From the NCBI GenBank assembly GCA_009914755.4, contig CP068257.2:25376001-25440000 (forward strand): 64,000 nt of DNA. The letters run 5' to 3'. The stretch comes from the human T2T-CHM13v2.0 reference genome, Homo sapiens. The notes under the pieces are model-generated. The model saw only the letters and a list, made by a program, of their open reading frames with translations. It did not search any database and was not told where the DNA came from. This document shows positions 24,822-36,073 of this stretch, piece after piece (the first letter of the stretch is position 1; each line of letters starts with the position of its first letter). The translations under genes were made by a program, and so were the position numbers.

Positions 24822-27451
24822 CTACTTTATGTAATACAATCTGATAAACACTTAGTATAAGTGTCTACAAATATACACAGAAGATGTATGCAGTTGCTTT
24901 AAAGTAATAGATCATTTCTATATTTCTAACGTGTGCTTAAAGCTAAATACAGATTTATACAAATGCTAGCGTCTAAGAATGGATAATGCTCCAATATGCA
25001 ACTGTGTTTTCCATAGCTAACTGGGTACAAATTACCATAGTTCATGAAGAAAATATTTTATTGGCATGTGCCATGTACTAGGCTATTTGCTGAGAATACA
25101 TTGTTGAATTAAATATAGGTCCTGCCCTCAAAAAATAGTTCATGCTTTCTGTGATGTAGTGTGATATATAAATTCTGTTGACATTTGAAAAACAGAAAAC
25201 TACTCATTTAACTGCTTTCTCAAAGAATATGTCTTCAATATTTAAACAACAAAATTTACTCTAATAGTAATTGCATCCTGTGTCAAATTGTTGAATCCCT
25301 GTAGATGACATAGTATCTGGATTAAAATTCACTGACACGAGCTAAGGACCTACTATGTGTTAGACTTTGAGGTGCTTTTGCCTACCTTATTTAATCATCT
25401 AAGCAATCAGTTTCTGTAAATAGAATTATTTCTTTCAGGCAGAAGAAATGAAATCCCAGGTTATTAAAAAGAATGACTACATTATGTTGTGGGAGCAAAG
25501 AGTAAACTGCAAAGAAGAAAACTACAAAATTTCAGTGGCTTTAAACAAAAAAATAATTCCTCATGTATACAAAATGATTAATGAGTTTGCCTTTCTCACT
25601 CAGGGTCCTTGAGTTTACTCTCTAGAACATTGCTGATTATGGTAGAAGAAAGCAATAACCTGCTTGACCTTATCCTATAGTTACTTTAACCTATAACCAT
25701 AGAATACAACTGGTTATATGACTTATCCTAATTTTAAGGGGTCAGTGATCCCCTTCTTCCCGCCTATAAATAAATGTAAACCTGACATTGGTGAATAGTT
25801 GTCATGCTTAGTGGGCCTGGTGGGTACTTCCTAACCAGAGCTTAAAACAGACTGCCATATATATGGCAGGTACCTTCTGCATATACTGGCTTCATAATCA
25901 AATCCAATACTTCCCAAACACTGTCCTCAAACACTGGACCATGACTGCCTGTACTTACCAGACACAAACCTGGGATGTCATTGAGAAGGGGATTCTGGGA
26001 AACGTAGTTCCAGACCTCTTCTCTGGGATATGTAGGGAGACATAGAAGCAGGTGGGGGTAATGAAGCATTGTAGCACACTCAGGAAAATTAAACAAAACA
26101 TCTTAAATTCCAACAGGAAATGTGTGGCCACACATCCCTTATGAGACCAATGTTCTATAACTGCAAGTTCAATATTATTTTTATTATGCTGGTGTTTCTT
26201 AGGCTTTATTGCAATTATAATAACACCTTACCTTGCTATTTATATCCTTTTAAATTTTTGACATTATTTTTTGCTTAGAAGCTTTTTTTTAAAAAAAAAA
26301 AATCAGTGCATGAGAAAGTAAAAGACAGCGCCAACTTAGGAAGGACCATGGTCCCAGACAGAAATAGCAGTACCCAGAACTAGAAGAGAGAATCTAGGAA
26401 TACTAAGGCAGGACAGAGAGATGTATCCCTGGTCCCATGGGAATGAGAAAATTAGCAATTTGGATTAGAGAGTGAACAGTTGAAAAGCAGACACACACAG
26501 GGTTCCTGATATTCTGCCAGAATAAGAGAGCTTGAAACCACGAAGGAAAGTTCTGCCAAGGATGAGATGGGAATAGACTGACATTTGAAATTCAATGTAT
26601 GAGATGATGATGGACCTGGGAGAGCCAGGCCAGGTCTGAGAAAGCAGTGCTGGTGTTGAGAAGTGGATAGATCCTTAGGATGGGGGATAGAGGTTGGGCT
26701 AAGGGACAGAGTTGGCTAGGGAGGCATGGAATTTGAAGTTAAAATTATCATGAGAGATGGTTTAGGGAAAGGTGATAAAGGAAAAGTGTGGGTTAATATT
26801 ATATGGGCCTTAAGTTGTTTTTGGGGTGAGGAGTAAGAGATGGTCTTGTGACTGGGGTGTGGTGGCTGAAGCAGTGAGGACCTGGGATGCTGCTGCAGGT
26901 TAGAGAGAAAGTCTCCTACATCATATTAGAGCAGTGTTGGGTTGGGAGATCCTGCAGTAGCAGGCATCTCTGCTCTTCTGAGCTAGGACCTTGAATGGAC
27001 CAGCTTCTGTTAAAACTGGGCAAGGAAAGATAACATGAATACCATTTTCTTCTTTTATTTTCTTCTTAGTGCCTCATGGTTCCCTTTCACATCAACTCCA
27101 GTCAAGGCAATAAATAAATAGTGTATAGGTAATATCTTTTAATAAGCATTAGTTTAACAACATGTGCTCTCTGATACTAAGTAAAATATTCTTTAACATT
27201 TTTGTGGTTGCAATAAATAAATGGGAAAATGTATCAAGAAGATTCTAAATTGCTCATTTTTTTACCTTTGTTTTTAGATTTTACTCCTTAATTGAAACTG
27301 ATGAAAATATTCAAAAGTTTAGTCAATGGAGTGTATGAATATTATTTCAATTTATGTAATGCACAATAGAAATATGCTTAGATTATTTTTAACAAATAAC
27401 ATGGTAGAAAGTGCTATCAACTTTTAATCAACAGAACTCAGCTATGAATAT

Positions 27452-27455
<4 letters not shown>

Positions 27456-27497
<42 letters not shown>
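27456..27497. repeat. (GT)n microsatellite
   Basis: About 20 GT units. Confidence 0.9.
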
Positions 27498-28372
27498 GAT
27501 AAGGGTATTTTCCCTGCCTTTTCTTTTCTTTTTATTTTTCTTTTGAGGAAGCAAGACTGAAATTAGCACTAAAATCTGGACCATTTACAAGGTTGCTTGG
27601 CTTTATGAAGATTGCAGATATCTAGGCCTTGGGATCCGGTGCCTTAATGCATCTTGTTTTACCCTGAGAGGCACCTCCTTTTTTAGAAATCTTGTCCTTT
27701 CAACAAAGGAAAGTCACTGAGTGGTAATTTAATCTTGAAAACTAGCTTGGATTTTCTGGCAACAAAAAAAGAGAAAAACAGTATTGGAAAAAAATAATAC
27801 TTGCAACTAAAAGCTGGAGAGGAAGGGGGAAAGAACTCCTTGAAAACAATTATGACTCAGGCAGTTTCATCTGTTAAAATGCGTGGTACTAGGTGAAAGA
27901 GCTTGAGCATTGTGGGATCTTGTCACCAGCTCCAATTAGGGACCAGCCCAGAGGTCACCAAAAAGAGAAGGTAACTCACAAAAGATTTTCCTCTTTAAGA
28001 ATATTTTTGTTTTTTACTGATGGAAGAATGAGTTATTTACTTGTTTTTCTAGGACTGCAATATTTTTAGAGATAAGAAAAACAGCACAATAACATTTTTA
28101 TTGCTCTGGAATAAGGCATGTCACATTTTTTTCATTGGATGTAATCACGGTGTTAAGAATCTGATTGGATTGTGGTTGTTTTTGCTATTGTCACTGAATG
28201 TCATATTGGCAACATTTAAAAGCCAGATGTGTCAGGAAGTGATGTGGAAGGGAACTACTCAAAACAAATGTGCGCAGCTGACTTTTAAAATATTTATGCT
28301 TTTTTAAACAGAAAGATTATACTTTTCATTTGGATGCTTCTTAAATGATTTATTTTTTGTAATTTACTCAGA

Positions 28373-28755
28373 AGTAGTGTATTAGTCTGCTGAGGCTGCT
28401 ATAACAAAATACCACAGATGGGGTGGTGTAAACAACAGGAATTTATTTTCTCACAGCTCTGGAGGTTGGAAGTCCAAGATGAAGATTTAGGCCATTAAGT
28501 TTTGGTGAAGTGTCTCTTCCTAGCTTGCAGGTGGCCATCTCATTATATGCGCATGTGACTTCCCTGTAGAGAAAGGGAAACCTCTCTCTCCTTTTCCTAT
28601 AAGGCCACCAGTCCTATTAGGCCCCATTCTTATGATGTCATTTAACCATAATTAATTATTTTCTAAACACCCTATTTCCAAATACAATCACATAAGGGGT
28701 TAAGGCTTCAAATACCAATTTTGGGAGGACATAATTTAATCCAAAGCAAGCAGCT
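28373..28755 (+). mobile_element. MLT1-type MaLR LTR
   Basis: GCTGCTATAACAAAATACCACAGATGGGGTGG..AAACAACAGGAATTTATTTTCTCACAGCTCTGGAGGTTGGAAGTCCAAGATGAAG ... CTATTTCCAAATACAATCACATAAGGGGTTAAGGCTTCAAATACCAATTTTGGGAGGACATAATTTAATCCA. Strong match to the remembered MLT1 consensus. Confidence 0.7.
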
Positions 28756-28856
28756 TACACTAAAAGTGTTAGTGTCATAATAAAGACAGGGGTAAGATGT
28801 GAAAAATGGTGACTATTCTTAGGGTTCTAGGCATTCTTTTCAGAGTAGCCCTTTCC

Positions 28857-28858
<2 letters not shown>

Positions 28859-28902
<44 letters not shown>

Positions 28903-28909
28903 ACACACA
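28859..28909. repeat. (CA)n microsatellite
   Basis: About 22 CA units with one interruption. Confidence 0.9.
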
Positions 28910-31107
28910 TTTAGAGAGAAAGACAGAGTAGATTGTTGCCAATGATGGACTATAAAAGTTGACTTCTTTCTTGAAAATGCATTCGTATGAAAATCTGAAA
29001 GTGACTCCAAAGATAGCATTAGAATTTGCATTGCATGGCTATTGTTAAGCTTAAGATATACAACACCTTACATTTAGGTTTCATTTACTATTTTTTAAAT
29101 CTCTCTCCAGGCGAAATATTTTGTGTGATCCTTGCAATTCTTCTGATAGGAAATCTGTCCTTAGGCCTTGGCTGTGTGGCTGAGGGAACTGAGTAATAGC
29201 ATAGTAGAGACAGCAGTAAATACACTGTAAAATTAGAAGTTCCAGAGAGAAGCTCCAGCTCTTCACCTGCAGGAGGTTAAATTAGTAATCTGGGATATGG
29301 GACTCTCTCTCAAACATGAGGGTGTTGTATTGAATGAAATTCCAAGGCTTCTCCTTGTTTTAAAGTTCTGTGTTTCTATGAAACACTAAGAAAATGAAGA
29401 GATTTGCTTTTAGCCACACAGTGAATTAATAAAAGTTATGAATTTAAAACTATGTTTTTCTGACTTGCAGCTCATGGAATTTTGCAGAAATATCAAAGCT
29501 CTAGCGTCAAGGTTCCTCACCCTAATTCTCTTGACATCATTGGAGTCTTATGTTTCGCTTAACTTCAATGGTTAAAACACAGAAAGGACATCTCCCTTTA
29601 AGGCTTAGTAGGAGAAAATACCTGTTTTCTGTTCTATAGAGAGTTGTGTCTTTTCTTAGAAGAGAAAAAAATGATGACTGCAGATGTTTAAGAGGGCGGC
29701 TATAAATCCAGTGAGCTATAAACAAGAATTGTGATGAGAACAAAACCCAGTGCCCTTATAGGGAAACCCAGACATGCAAAGATTTGTACATGCGCCTTGG
29801 GCTATGGTTGAGTGTTTTAAAGCTGCTTGTGGTGGTGCTAAGAGTTTGTCTGTAAAATGAGACATGAATGATATCTGGCAGAGCTGAAGCTCAAAGAACA
29901 ATCTGAGGCCGCTTGTGTTTACACTTGCACAATGATAGTTGTAAGCAGATCTTTTTAAACAAGGCAGAACAATTTAGAAGGATTAAGAGATCTAAACTAA
30001 GCAGAGTGTGTGCCACAATTTTCTTCCTTTCTAAAGCTTCTTGAAATTAAGCTCCCCATGGTGATAAACCTAGAAGAAAGGGATTTTGAGAGTTCCTTTT
30101 AAGAAATTTGCTCCCTATGGGATCTTGTTGCTTGTTCCTTGAGTTTATAATGTCACTTCTTTTGTTCCATGGGGCTAATCCATTTTGGTTATTTTCCATG
30201 AGGTAGCAAATAGTTTCAATGAGGTGGCTCCCTGAGGCTAAGGTAAAAGGGCACATAGATTTTCAGTCTCATTCTTTGTTTACATATGTTCAGAATATAA
30301 TGGAAAATGTCCTTCAGTTCATAAATCATCCTTGTTTTGTCTCCATTCCAAGATAAATTTAGTTTAGGAGAAGTTGCAATACCATTCTCTGTCACTTTTG
30401 ATTTATGTTAGAATGAAAGAAAAACTCCAATGGTGGATCCCTTCTCTACTGCTGTCCTGGGACTTCATTTAGTATTAGGGTTGCCTTTCCAGTGAAACCA
30501 CATAATTAGTCCTTTGGCTACTATATTGAACAACAATCTCAATTTCTCACATTCACCCAATGTGGGGGAGAAACTTCAGCATAATACCTTTTGCTGCTTG
30601 GAAAGAGCACATATGTTTTGATACATCAAATTGGAAGTCACTCAGAGGAGAGTCATAAGTCCATGACTAAGCTATATATCCAGATGTTTCATCACTGAGT
30701 ACTTTACCCTGAATAAGAGCATGGCTCAGAATATTACTATATATAAAAACATAGGACTGATTAGCAGGTTCTTGTGGACAGGGAATTCTATATATTTATA
30801 CATATATAATATACCTTATACTAACCATATAATTACACTCCTATAATACAAGTGATAAATTAATATATTATATATAATAGAAACAATAAAATTAGATTAT
30901 TGTCATAATATTCATACAATTATGTAGATCTCATTCAATGAACTGTTTTTTGAGTAATTTTATTAATTTAGCTCTCATGTTGACACTGCTAAAGATACAA
31001 AAGAAGGGTATGACAGTCCCCGATTCATCCAGAACTCTTAAAATGAAAGTGTTATATATGGTTCCACCAGGCTAGAGGGATATAATACAGCTAAATCGCT
31101 TGAATAA

Positions 31108-31279
31108 TTTTTTTTTTTTTGAGACAGGGTCTTGCTCTGTTGCTAGGCTGGAGTACAGCAGTGACATTACAGCTCACTGCAGCCTCAAACTCCTAGGCTC
31201 AAGCAATTAGGCTCAAGCGATTCTCCCACCTCAGCCTCCCAAGTAGCTGGGACTGCAGGCACATGCCACCACGCCCAGC
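31108..31279 (-). mobile_element. partial Alu (right-arm/monomer-length fragment)
   Basis: Poly-T, then GAGACAGGGTCTTGCTCTGTTGCTAGGCTGGAGTACAGCAGTGAC...CCTCCCAAGTAGCTGGGACTGCAGGCACATGCCACCACGCCCAGC. Only about 170 bp, with an internal duplication GGCTCAAGCAATTAGGCTCAAGCGATT. Confidence 0.8.
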
Positions 31280-31913
31280 AAATCTGAGTAATTTTCATCA
31301 AGAAAAGAATAAATTTGCGATTTACTTTTTCAATGTGATTACTTTTTAAGATTGTCAATATAAATTGATGTATAACATTTTACTGCCCCAATAGCTTTCT
31401 CTCTCTCTCCCTACCTTACCCGACATCCCTGCATCTTTCTTTTCATTTCTTTTCTTCTTTTTTTTATTGATAATGTTCTAGGCAACCTCTGGTGTTATGC
31501 GGAGTTAGGTAGGGCAGGTAGGCTTCAATTGCTTCTGCCTCACCACATCAGTCCCCCTAAGTAGTTCAGAGACCTTTCTGTATGTTCTTTGTTACTGCCC
31601 TTCCTAACATGAATGCTCAGCTCAACTTTACTACAGTGAGTACAGTTGCCTTCTTCTATCATATTGATATGGAAGGGAAGTGCTGGGAAGGGAAGAGTGT
31701 GGTCCCTTTAAATGATACAGAACAGGGAAGGGAAGGGCATGGTCCCTGGCTGGGGCTCCATCTCCCAGGCCTGTGCCCACAGACCTAGGTGAGGACAGGT
31801 ATTTTTGTTTTCCAGTCCAGATATTTCATTTCCCAAGACCACTCTGACCTGCCACGCCACCCATCTTGTGCCTATGAAAACTCTGGAGACCCTAGCAGGC
31901 AGGCACACAAGTG

Positions 31914-32092
31914 GCTGGACATCAAGAGGAGCGGATCGGTGGAAGAAGATACAGGTAGCTGGACGTCGAGAGCAGCACATCAGTGGAGGAACAGATGGGC
32001 AGTTGGATGTGGAGAGGAGCGCATCAACAGGCACCGATACACTGGCAGGCCACCGACCAGCAGAAGAACAATGCAGAGTTTGACTTGGGGCA
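31914..32092. repeat. four-unit tandem array, 44-46 bp period, CpG-rich
   Basis: GCTGGACATCAAGAGGAGCGGATCGGTGGAAGAAGATACAGGTA / GCTGGACGTCGAGAGCAGCACATCAGTGGAGGAACAGATGGGCA / GTTGGATGTGGAGAGGAGCGCATCAACAGGCACCGATACACTGGCA / a degenerate fourth unit. It directly abuts the truncated end of the minus-strand L1. Confidence 0.6.
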
Positions 32093-32640
32093 GTAGGAGG
32101 AGAGCCCAGTGCCATGTGGCACTGAGAAGAATGTATATACTGTTGATTTGGGGTAGACAGTTCTGTAGACATCTACTGGTTTCACTTGATCCAGTGCTGA
32201 GTTCAAGTCCTGAATATCCTTGTTAATTTTCTGTCTGGGTGATCTGTCTAATACTGACAGTGGAGTGTTAAAGTCTCCCACTATTATTGTGTGGGAATCT
32301 AAGTCTCTTTGTAGGTTTCTAAGAACTTGTTTTATGAACTGGGTGTCCTGAGATATCCTGAGATATCTTGTATTGTGTGCGTGTATATTCAGAATAGTTA
32401 GCTCTTCTTGTTGAATTGTTCCCTTTACCATTATGTAATGCCCTTCTTTGTCTTTTTTGATCTTTGTTGGTTTAAAGTCTGTTTCTTCAGAGACCAAGAT
32501 TGCAAGCCAAGCTTTTTTATTTGCTTTCCATTTGCTTGGTAAATTTTCCTCCATCCTTTTATTTTGAGCCTGTGTGTGTCATTGCACATAAGATGGGTCT
32601 CCTGAATACAGCACACCGTGGGTCTTGACTCCTTATCCAA
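32024..32640 (-). pseudogene. L1 ORF2 endonuclease-domain remnant
   Basis: Track ORFs MDKESRPTVCCIQETHLMCNDTHRLKIKGWRKIYQANGKQ and ...EGHYIMVKGTIQQEELTILNIHAHNTRYLRISQDTQFIKQVLRNLQRDLDSHTIIVGDFNTPLSVLDRSPRQKINKDIQDLNSALDQVKPVDVYRTVYPKSTVYTFFSVPH match the L1 ORF2p N-terminus (SVCCIQETHL..KDTHRLKIKGWRKIYQANGKQKKAGVAILVSDKTDFKPTKIKRDKEGHYIMVKGSIQQEELTILNIYAPN...). Confidence 0.85.
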
Positions 32641-34210
32641 TTTGCCAGGCTGTATCTTTTAATTGGGTCATTTAGCCCATTTACACTTAAGGTTAGTATT
32701 GTTATGTGTGAGTTTGATCCTCTCATCATGATGCTATTTGGCTATTTTGCACACTAGTTGATGCAGTCTCTTCATAGTGTCATTGGTCTTTATATATTGA
32801 TGTGTTTGTGAATGGCTGGTACTGGATTTTCCTTTCCACATTTAGTGCTTCTTTCAGAAGCCCTTGCAGGGCAGGCCTGGTGGTAATGAAATCCCACAGC
32901 ATTTGCTTGTCTGGAAAGAATTTTATTTCTCCTTTGCTTATGAAGCTTAGTTTGGCTGGATATGAAGTTCTGGGCTGAAAATTCTTTTCTTTAAGAATTT
33001 TGAATATTGGTCCCCAATCTCTTTTGGCTTGTAGAGTTTCTGCTGAGAGGTCCACTGTTAGTCTGATGGGCTTCCCTTTGTAAGTGACCTGGCCTTTCTC
33101 TCTGGCTGTCCTTAATAGTTTGTCCTTCATTTCGACCTTGGAGAATCTGATGATTATGTGTCTTGCGGTTGACTTTCTCATGGAGTATCTTAATAGTGTT
33201 CTTTGTATTTCCTGAATTTGCATGTTGGCCTGTCTTGCTAGGCTAGGGAAGTTCTCCTGGATAATATCCTGAAGCGTGTTTTCCAGCTTGTTTCCATTCT
33301 CCTCATCTCCTTCTGGTACTCCAATCAATTGTAGGTTCAGTCTTTTCATTGAAGTCCCTTATTTCTGGGAGGCTTTATTCATTCCTTTTCATTCTTTTTC
33401 TTGTATGCATACCTTATTTCAGTAAGGTGGTCTTCAAACTCTGATATCCTCTCTTCTGCTTGGTTGATTCAGCTATTGATACTTGGGTATGTTTCAGGAA
33501 GTTCTTGTGCTGTGTTTTTCAGCTCCATCAGGTCATTTATGTTCCTCTGTAAACTGGCTATTCTAGTTAGCAATTCCTCTAACCTCTTATCAAGGTTCTT
33601 AGCTTCTTTGCATTGGGTTAGAACATGCTCCTTTAGCTCATCACAGTTTTTTATTACCCATCTTCTGAAGCCTACTTCTGACAGTTCATCCATCTGTTCT
33701 TCCATTCAGGCACCCTTGATGGAGAGATGTTGTGATCATTTGGAGTAGAAGAGGTCCTCTGGCCTTTTGAGTTCTCAGCATTTTTTTCTTTGATTCTTTC
33801 TTATCTTTGTGAGTTTGTCTAGCTTTGGTTTTGAGTCTACTGACCCATGGATGGGGTTTTTGTGGGGGCCTTTTGTTGTTGTTGATGCCATTGTTGCTGC
33901 TTTCTGCTTGTTTGTTTTTATTTCAATAGTCAGGTCCCTGATTTGTAGGGCTGCTGCAGTTTGCTGGGGATTTGCTTCAGGCCTTATTCATCTGATTCAC
34001 GTTCCCCATGTGGCTCTTAGGTGGGCCACCGCACCACACTGTTCTTCCTTCTCTTCATGGGTCATGCCAGACTTCTAGTCAATTTTGATGAGAGAAACTG
34101 GATACCTTGGTTGCCAGTGAAGGATTCACATGCATATTATGGTATTTTTCGATGGGAGTCTCTGAACACAGCTGCTTCTAGTCTGTCATCTTGGCCTCAC
34201 CAATATTGCT
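32085..34210 (-). mobile_element. primate L1 (older L1PA/L1PB-like), 5' end intact, truncated inside the ORF2 endonuclease domain
   Basis: The 5'UTR start is recognisable at about 34208 (GGTGAGGCCAAGATGACAGACTAGAAGCAGC, similar to GGAGCCAAGATGGCCGAATAGGAACAGC). ORF1 and ORF2-EN peptides lie on the minus strand (see the pseudogene features below). There is no 3' part and no poly-A tail. Confidence 0.85.
32780..33880 (-). pseudogene. L1 ORF1 remnant
   Basis: MEEQMDELSEVGFRRWVIKNCDELKEHVLTQCKEAKNLDKRLEELLTRIASLQRNINDLMELKNTAQEL and ...NLQLIGVPEGDEENGNKLENTLQDIIQENFPSLARQANMQIQEIQRT...HIIIRFSKVEMKDKLLRTAREKGQVTYKGKPIRLTVDLSAETLQAKRDWGPIFKILKEKNFQPRTSYPAKLSFISKGEIKFF match ORF1p. Confidence 0.85.
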
Positions 34211-34317
34211 GATTTTCATTTAGCTGTAAAAATAACATCATTTCCTCTAATTTTAAGAAAGGACAATGGGGAAAAAGTATTTTGAATCTATCCCATGTGT
34301 TCCCATTATAAATGTTC

Positions 34318-35010
34318 TGATGGTTAATACCAAGTGTTAACTTGATTGGATTGAAGGATACAAAGTATTGATCCTGGGTGTGTCTTTGAGGGTGTTGCCA
34401 AAAGAGATTAACATTTGAGTCAGTGGGCTGGGGAAGGCAGATCCATCCTTAATCTGGTAGGCACAATCTAATCAGCCACCAACAAATATAAAAGCAGGCA
34501 GAAAAATGTGAAAAGGAGAGACTGGCCTAGCCTCCCAGCCTACATCTTTCTCCCATGCTGGATGCTTCCTGCCCTCGAACATAGGACTCCAGGTTCTTCA
34601 GTTTGGGACTTGGACTGGCTCTCCTTGCTCCTCAGATTGCAGACAGCCTACTGTGGGACCTTTTGCTCATGTAAGTTAATACTTAATAAACTCCCCTTTA
34701 TATATATATATACACACACATATATATACACACAGAGGCATATATACATATACACACATATATACATATACATATATACACACATATGCATATACATATA
34801 TACACACATATACATATACATATACACACACATATACATATACATCTACACACACACACATAGGATATATATATATATAGAACATATGTGTATATATAGG
34901 ATATATATATAGATATATATAACATATGTATATATAGGATATATATATAGATATATATAACATATGTATATGTAGGATATATATCCTATTCTATCCCTCT
35001 AGAGAACATA
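34318..35010 (+). mobile_element. ERVL-class LTR (5' LTR of the provirus; LTR16/LTR33-like), 3' end disrupted
   Basis: TGATGGTTAATACCAAGTGTTAACTTGATTGGATTGAAGG...GAGGGTGTTGCCAAAAGAGATTAACATTTGAGTCAGTGGGCTGGGGAAGGCAGATCCATCC...GCTCCTCAGATTGCAGACAGCCTACTGTGGGACC...GTTAATACTTAATAAACTCCCCTTTATATATA. It is about 89% identical to the LTR at 40987-41518 and ends prematurely at ...TCCCTCTAGAGAAC. Confidence 0.6.
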
Positions 35011-35045
35011 TATATATATAATATATATATATATAATATATATAT
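34700..35045. repeat. expanded (TATACA/CATATG/ATAT)n microsatellite plus an approximately 37-bp-unit minisatellite inside the 5' LTR
   Basis: Read directly. Units of AGGATATATATATAGATATATATAACATATGTATATAT occur three times. The ORFs at 34508-34963 are repeat translations. Confidence 0.85.
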
Positions 35046-35285
35046 GAAAAACAAACAAGGAAAAAGCAACAACAATGGCATCAACAACAACAAAAAGGCC
35101 CCCACAAAATCCCCATCCAAGGGTCAGCAGCCTCAAAGACCAAAACTGGACAAACTCACAAAGATGAGAAAGAATCAAAGAAAAAATGCTGAAAACCCAA
35201 AAGACCAGAGGGCCTCTTCTCCTCCAAATGGTCGCAACATCTCTCCATCAAGGGTGCAGAACTGAATGGAGGATCAGATGGATGA
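35046..35285 (+). mobile_element. isolated L1 5'UTR-end plus ORF1-start fragment, inverted duplicate of 33688-33925
   Basis: GAAAAACAAACAAGGAAAAAGCAACAACAATGGCATCAACAACAACAAAAAGGCCCCCACAAAATCCCCATCCAAGGGTCAGCAGCC...ACATCTCTCCATCAAGGGTGCAGAACTGAATGGAGGATCAGATGGATGAA is about 90% identical to the reverse complement of 33688-33925. The track ORF 35044-35265 is the ORF1 N-terminus. Confidence 0.7.
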
Positions 35286-35295
35286 ATACCAAAAT

Positions 35296-35367
35296 CTGTA
35301 TTTGTCAGGGTTCTCTAGAGGGATAGAACTAATAGGACACCCCTCTATAGAACCCTGACAAATACAG
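35296..35367. repeat. 72-bp palindrome of LTR 3'-terminus sequence (27-bp arms, 18-bp spacer)
   Basis: CTGTATTTGTCAGGGTTCTCTAGAGGG-ATAGAACTAATAGGACAC-CCCTCTATAGAACCCTGACAAATACAG. The right arm is the genuine 3' end of the provirus 5' LTR. The left arm is the same terminus inverted. Confidence 0.6.
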
Positions 35368-36073
35368 ATCTTGGTCCCGGGAGGCATTCTAGACAAATAG
35401 AATATTAAAGATGGAGTTCTTTTGTTGGTTTTGGGGTTTCTGGAGTTGGCTGCTTGATATGATTAGAGCCCAAAATGCTAAGGACTCTACTTCTAACAGT
35501 ATGGAGAATACTGATAGTCATTGGCATGAACTATTTAGAGAGTTTTGCAAAATAAATGCATTTGTCACTCTTGATTCACTGCTTATGAGAGGTGAGGAGT
35601 TTAGTTACACAATACCTTTGATCATATGTGGAGAACCAAGGAACGTAATGAAGCTGGTTGGTTGCTCCTAAGTTCAGTGGACAAAGTGATAAAAGAAAAT
35701 GATGAACTCAAGGATTCTGTCTCCCAATTTCAGAAGCAGATACTGAGCCTCAAATCTACTAAGATTGCCCTGAGTATCTCCTGTAGAGAAAGAGTTCAAA
35801 CTGTGGAAAAACAGTCACAAGCTCTTATCATGCGAGTGGCTGACTTGCAAGGAAAAGTGCATGCGCAGCCTTGCCAGGTGTCTACTGTTAAAATGAGGGC
35901 ATTGATTAGAAGAGAATGGGACCTTGAAACTTGAAACATTCGTGAATGTGTAGGAGGACCCTGATGAAGCTGGGGACACTGAGTTTGTAAACTCTGATGA
36001 CCCTTTTCTATTTGCCAGAAGGAACAGCTTCCCCATCCCCAGTAGTGGCAATATCCACTCCCCTCCCCGACCC

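Noticed and set aside
26340-27010. A possible old repeat (GAGAGCCAGGCCAGGTCTGAGAAAGCAG...)
   Set aside because: I could not match it to any family from memory. It is not reported as a feature.
31914-32092. Possible SVA-VNTR origin of the 44-bp array
   Set aside because: There is only a loose motif resemblance (GGATGTG.AGGAGCGC). No hexamer, Alu-like or SINE-R parts of an SVA are adjacent. Left unresolved and not claimed.
31708-32226. Overlapping 154-aa (minus) and 145-aa (plus) ORFs
   Set aside because: They span the GC/CpG-rich 44-bp tandem array. Both strands are open only because the repeat lacks stop codons. There is no codon-usage or domain signal.
32024-32554. 176-aa ORF on the minus strand
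   Set aside because: It is the L1 ORF2 endonuclease domain, truncated and followed by out-of-frame junk.
32780-33349. 189-aa ORF on the minus strand, the longest in the track
   Set aside because: It is the C-terminal two-thirds of L1 ORF1p (LIGVPE...IQENFP..ARQANMQIQEIQRT...KGKPIRLT.DLSAETLQA...), a retrotransposon remnant and not a host gene.
34508-34963. 134-aa and 95-aa ORFs
   Set aside because: They are translations of the microsatellite inside the ERVL 5' LTR.
35044-35265. 73-aa basic, Lys/Asn-rich ORF that could be mistaken for a novel small protein
   Set aside because: It is the N-terminus of L1 ORF1p (older subfamily) in the inverted duplicated L1 fragment.
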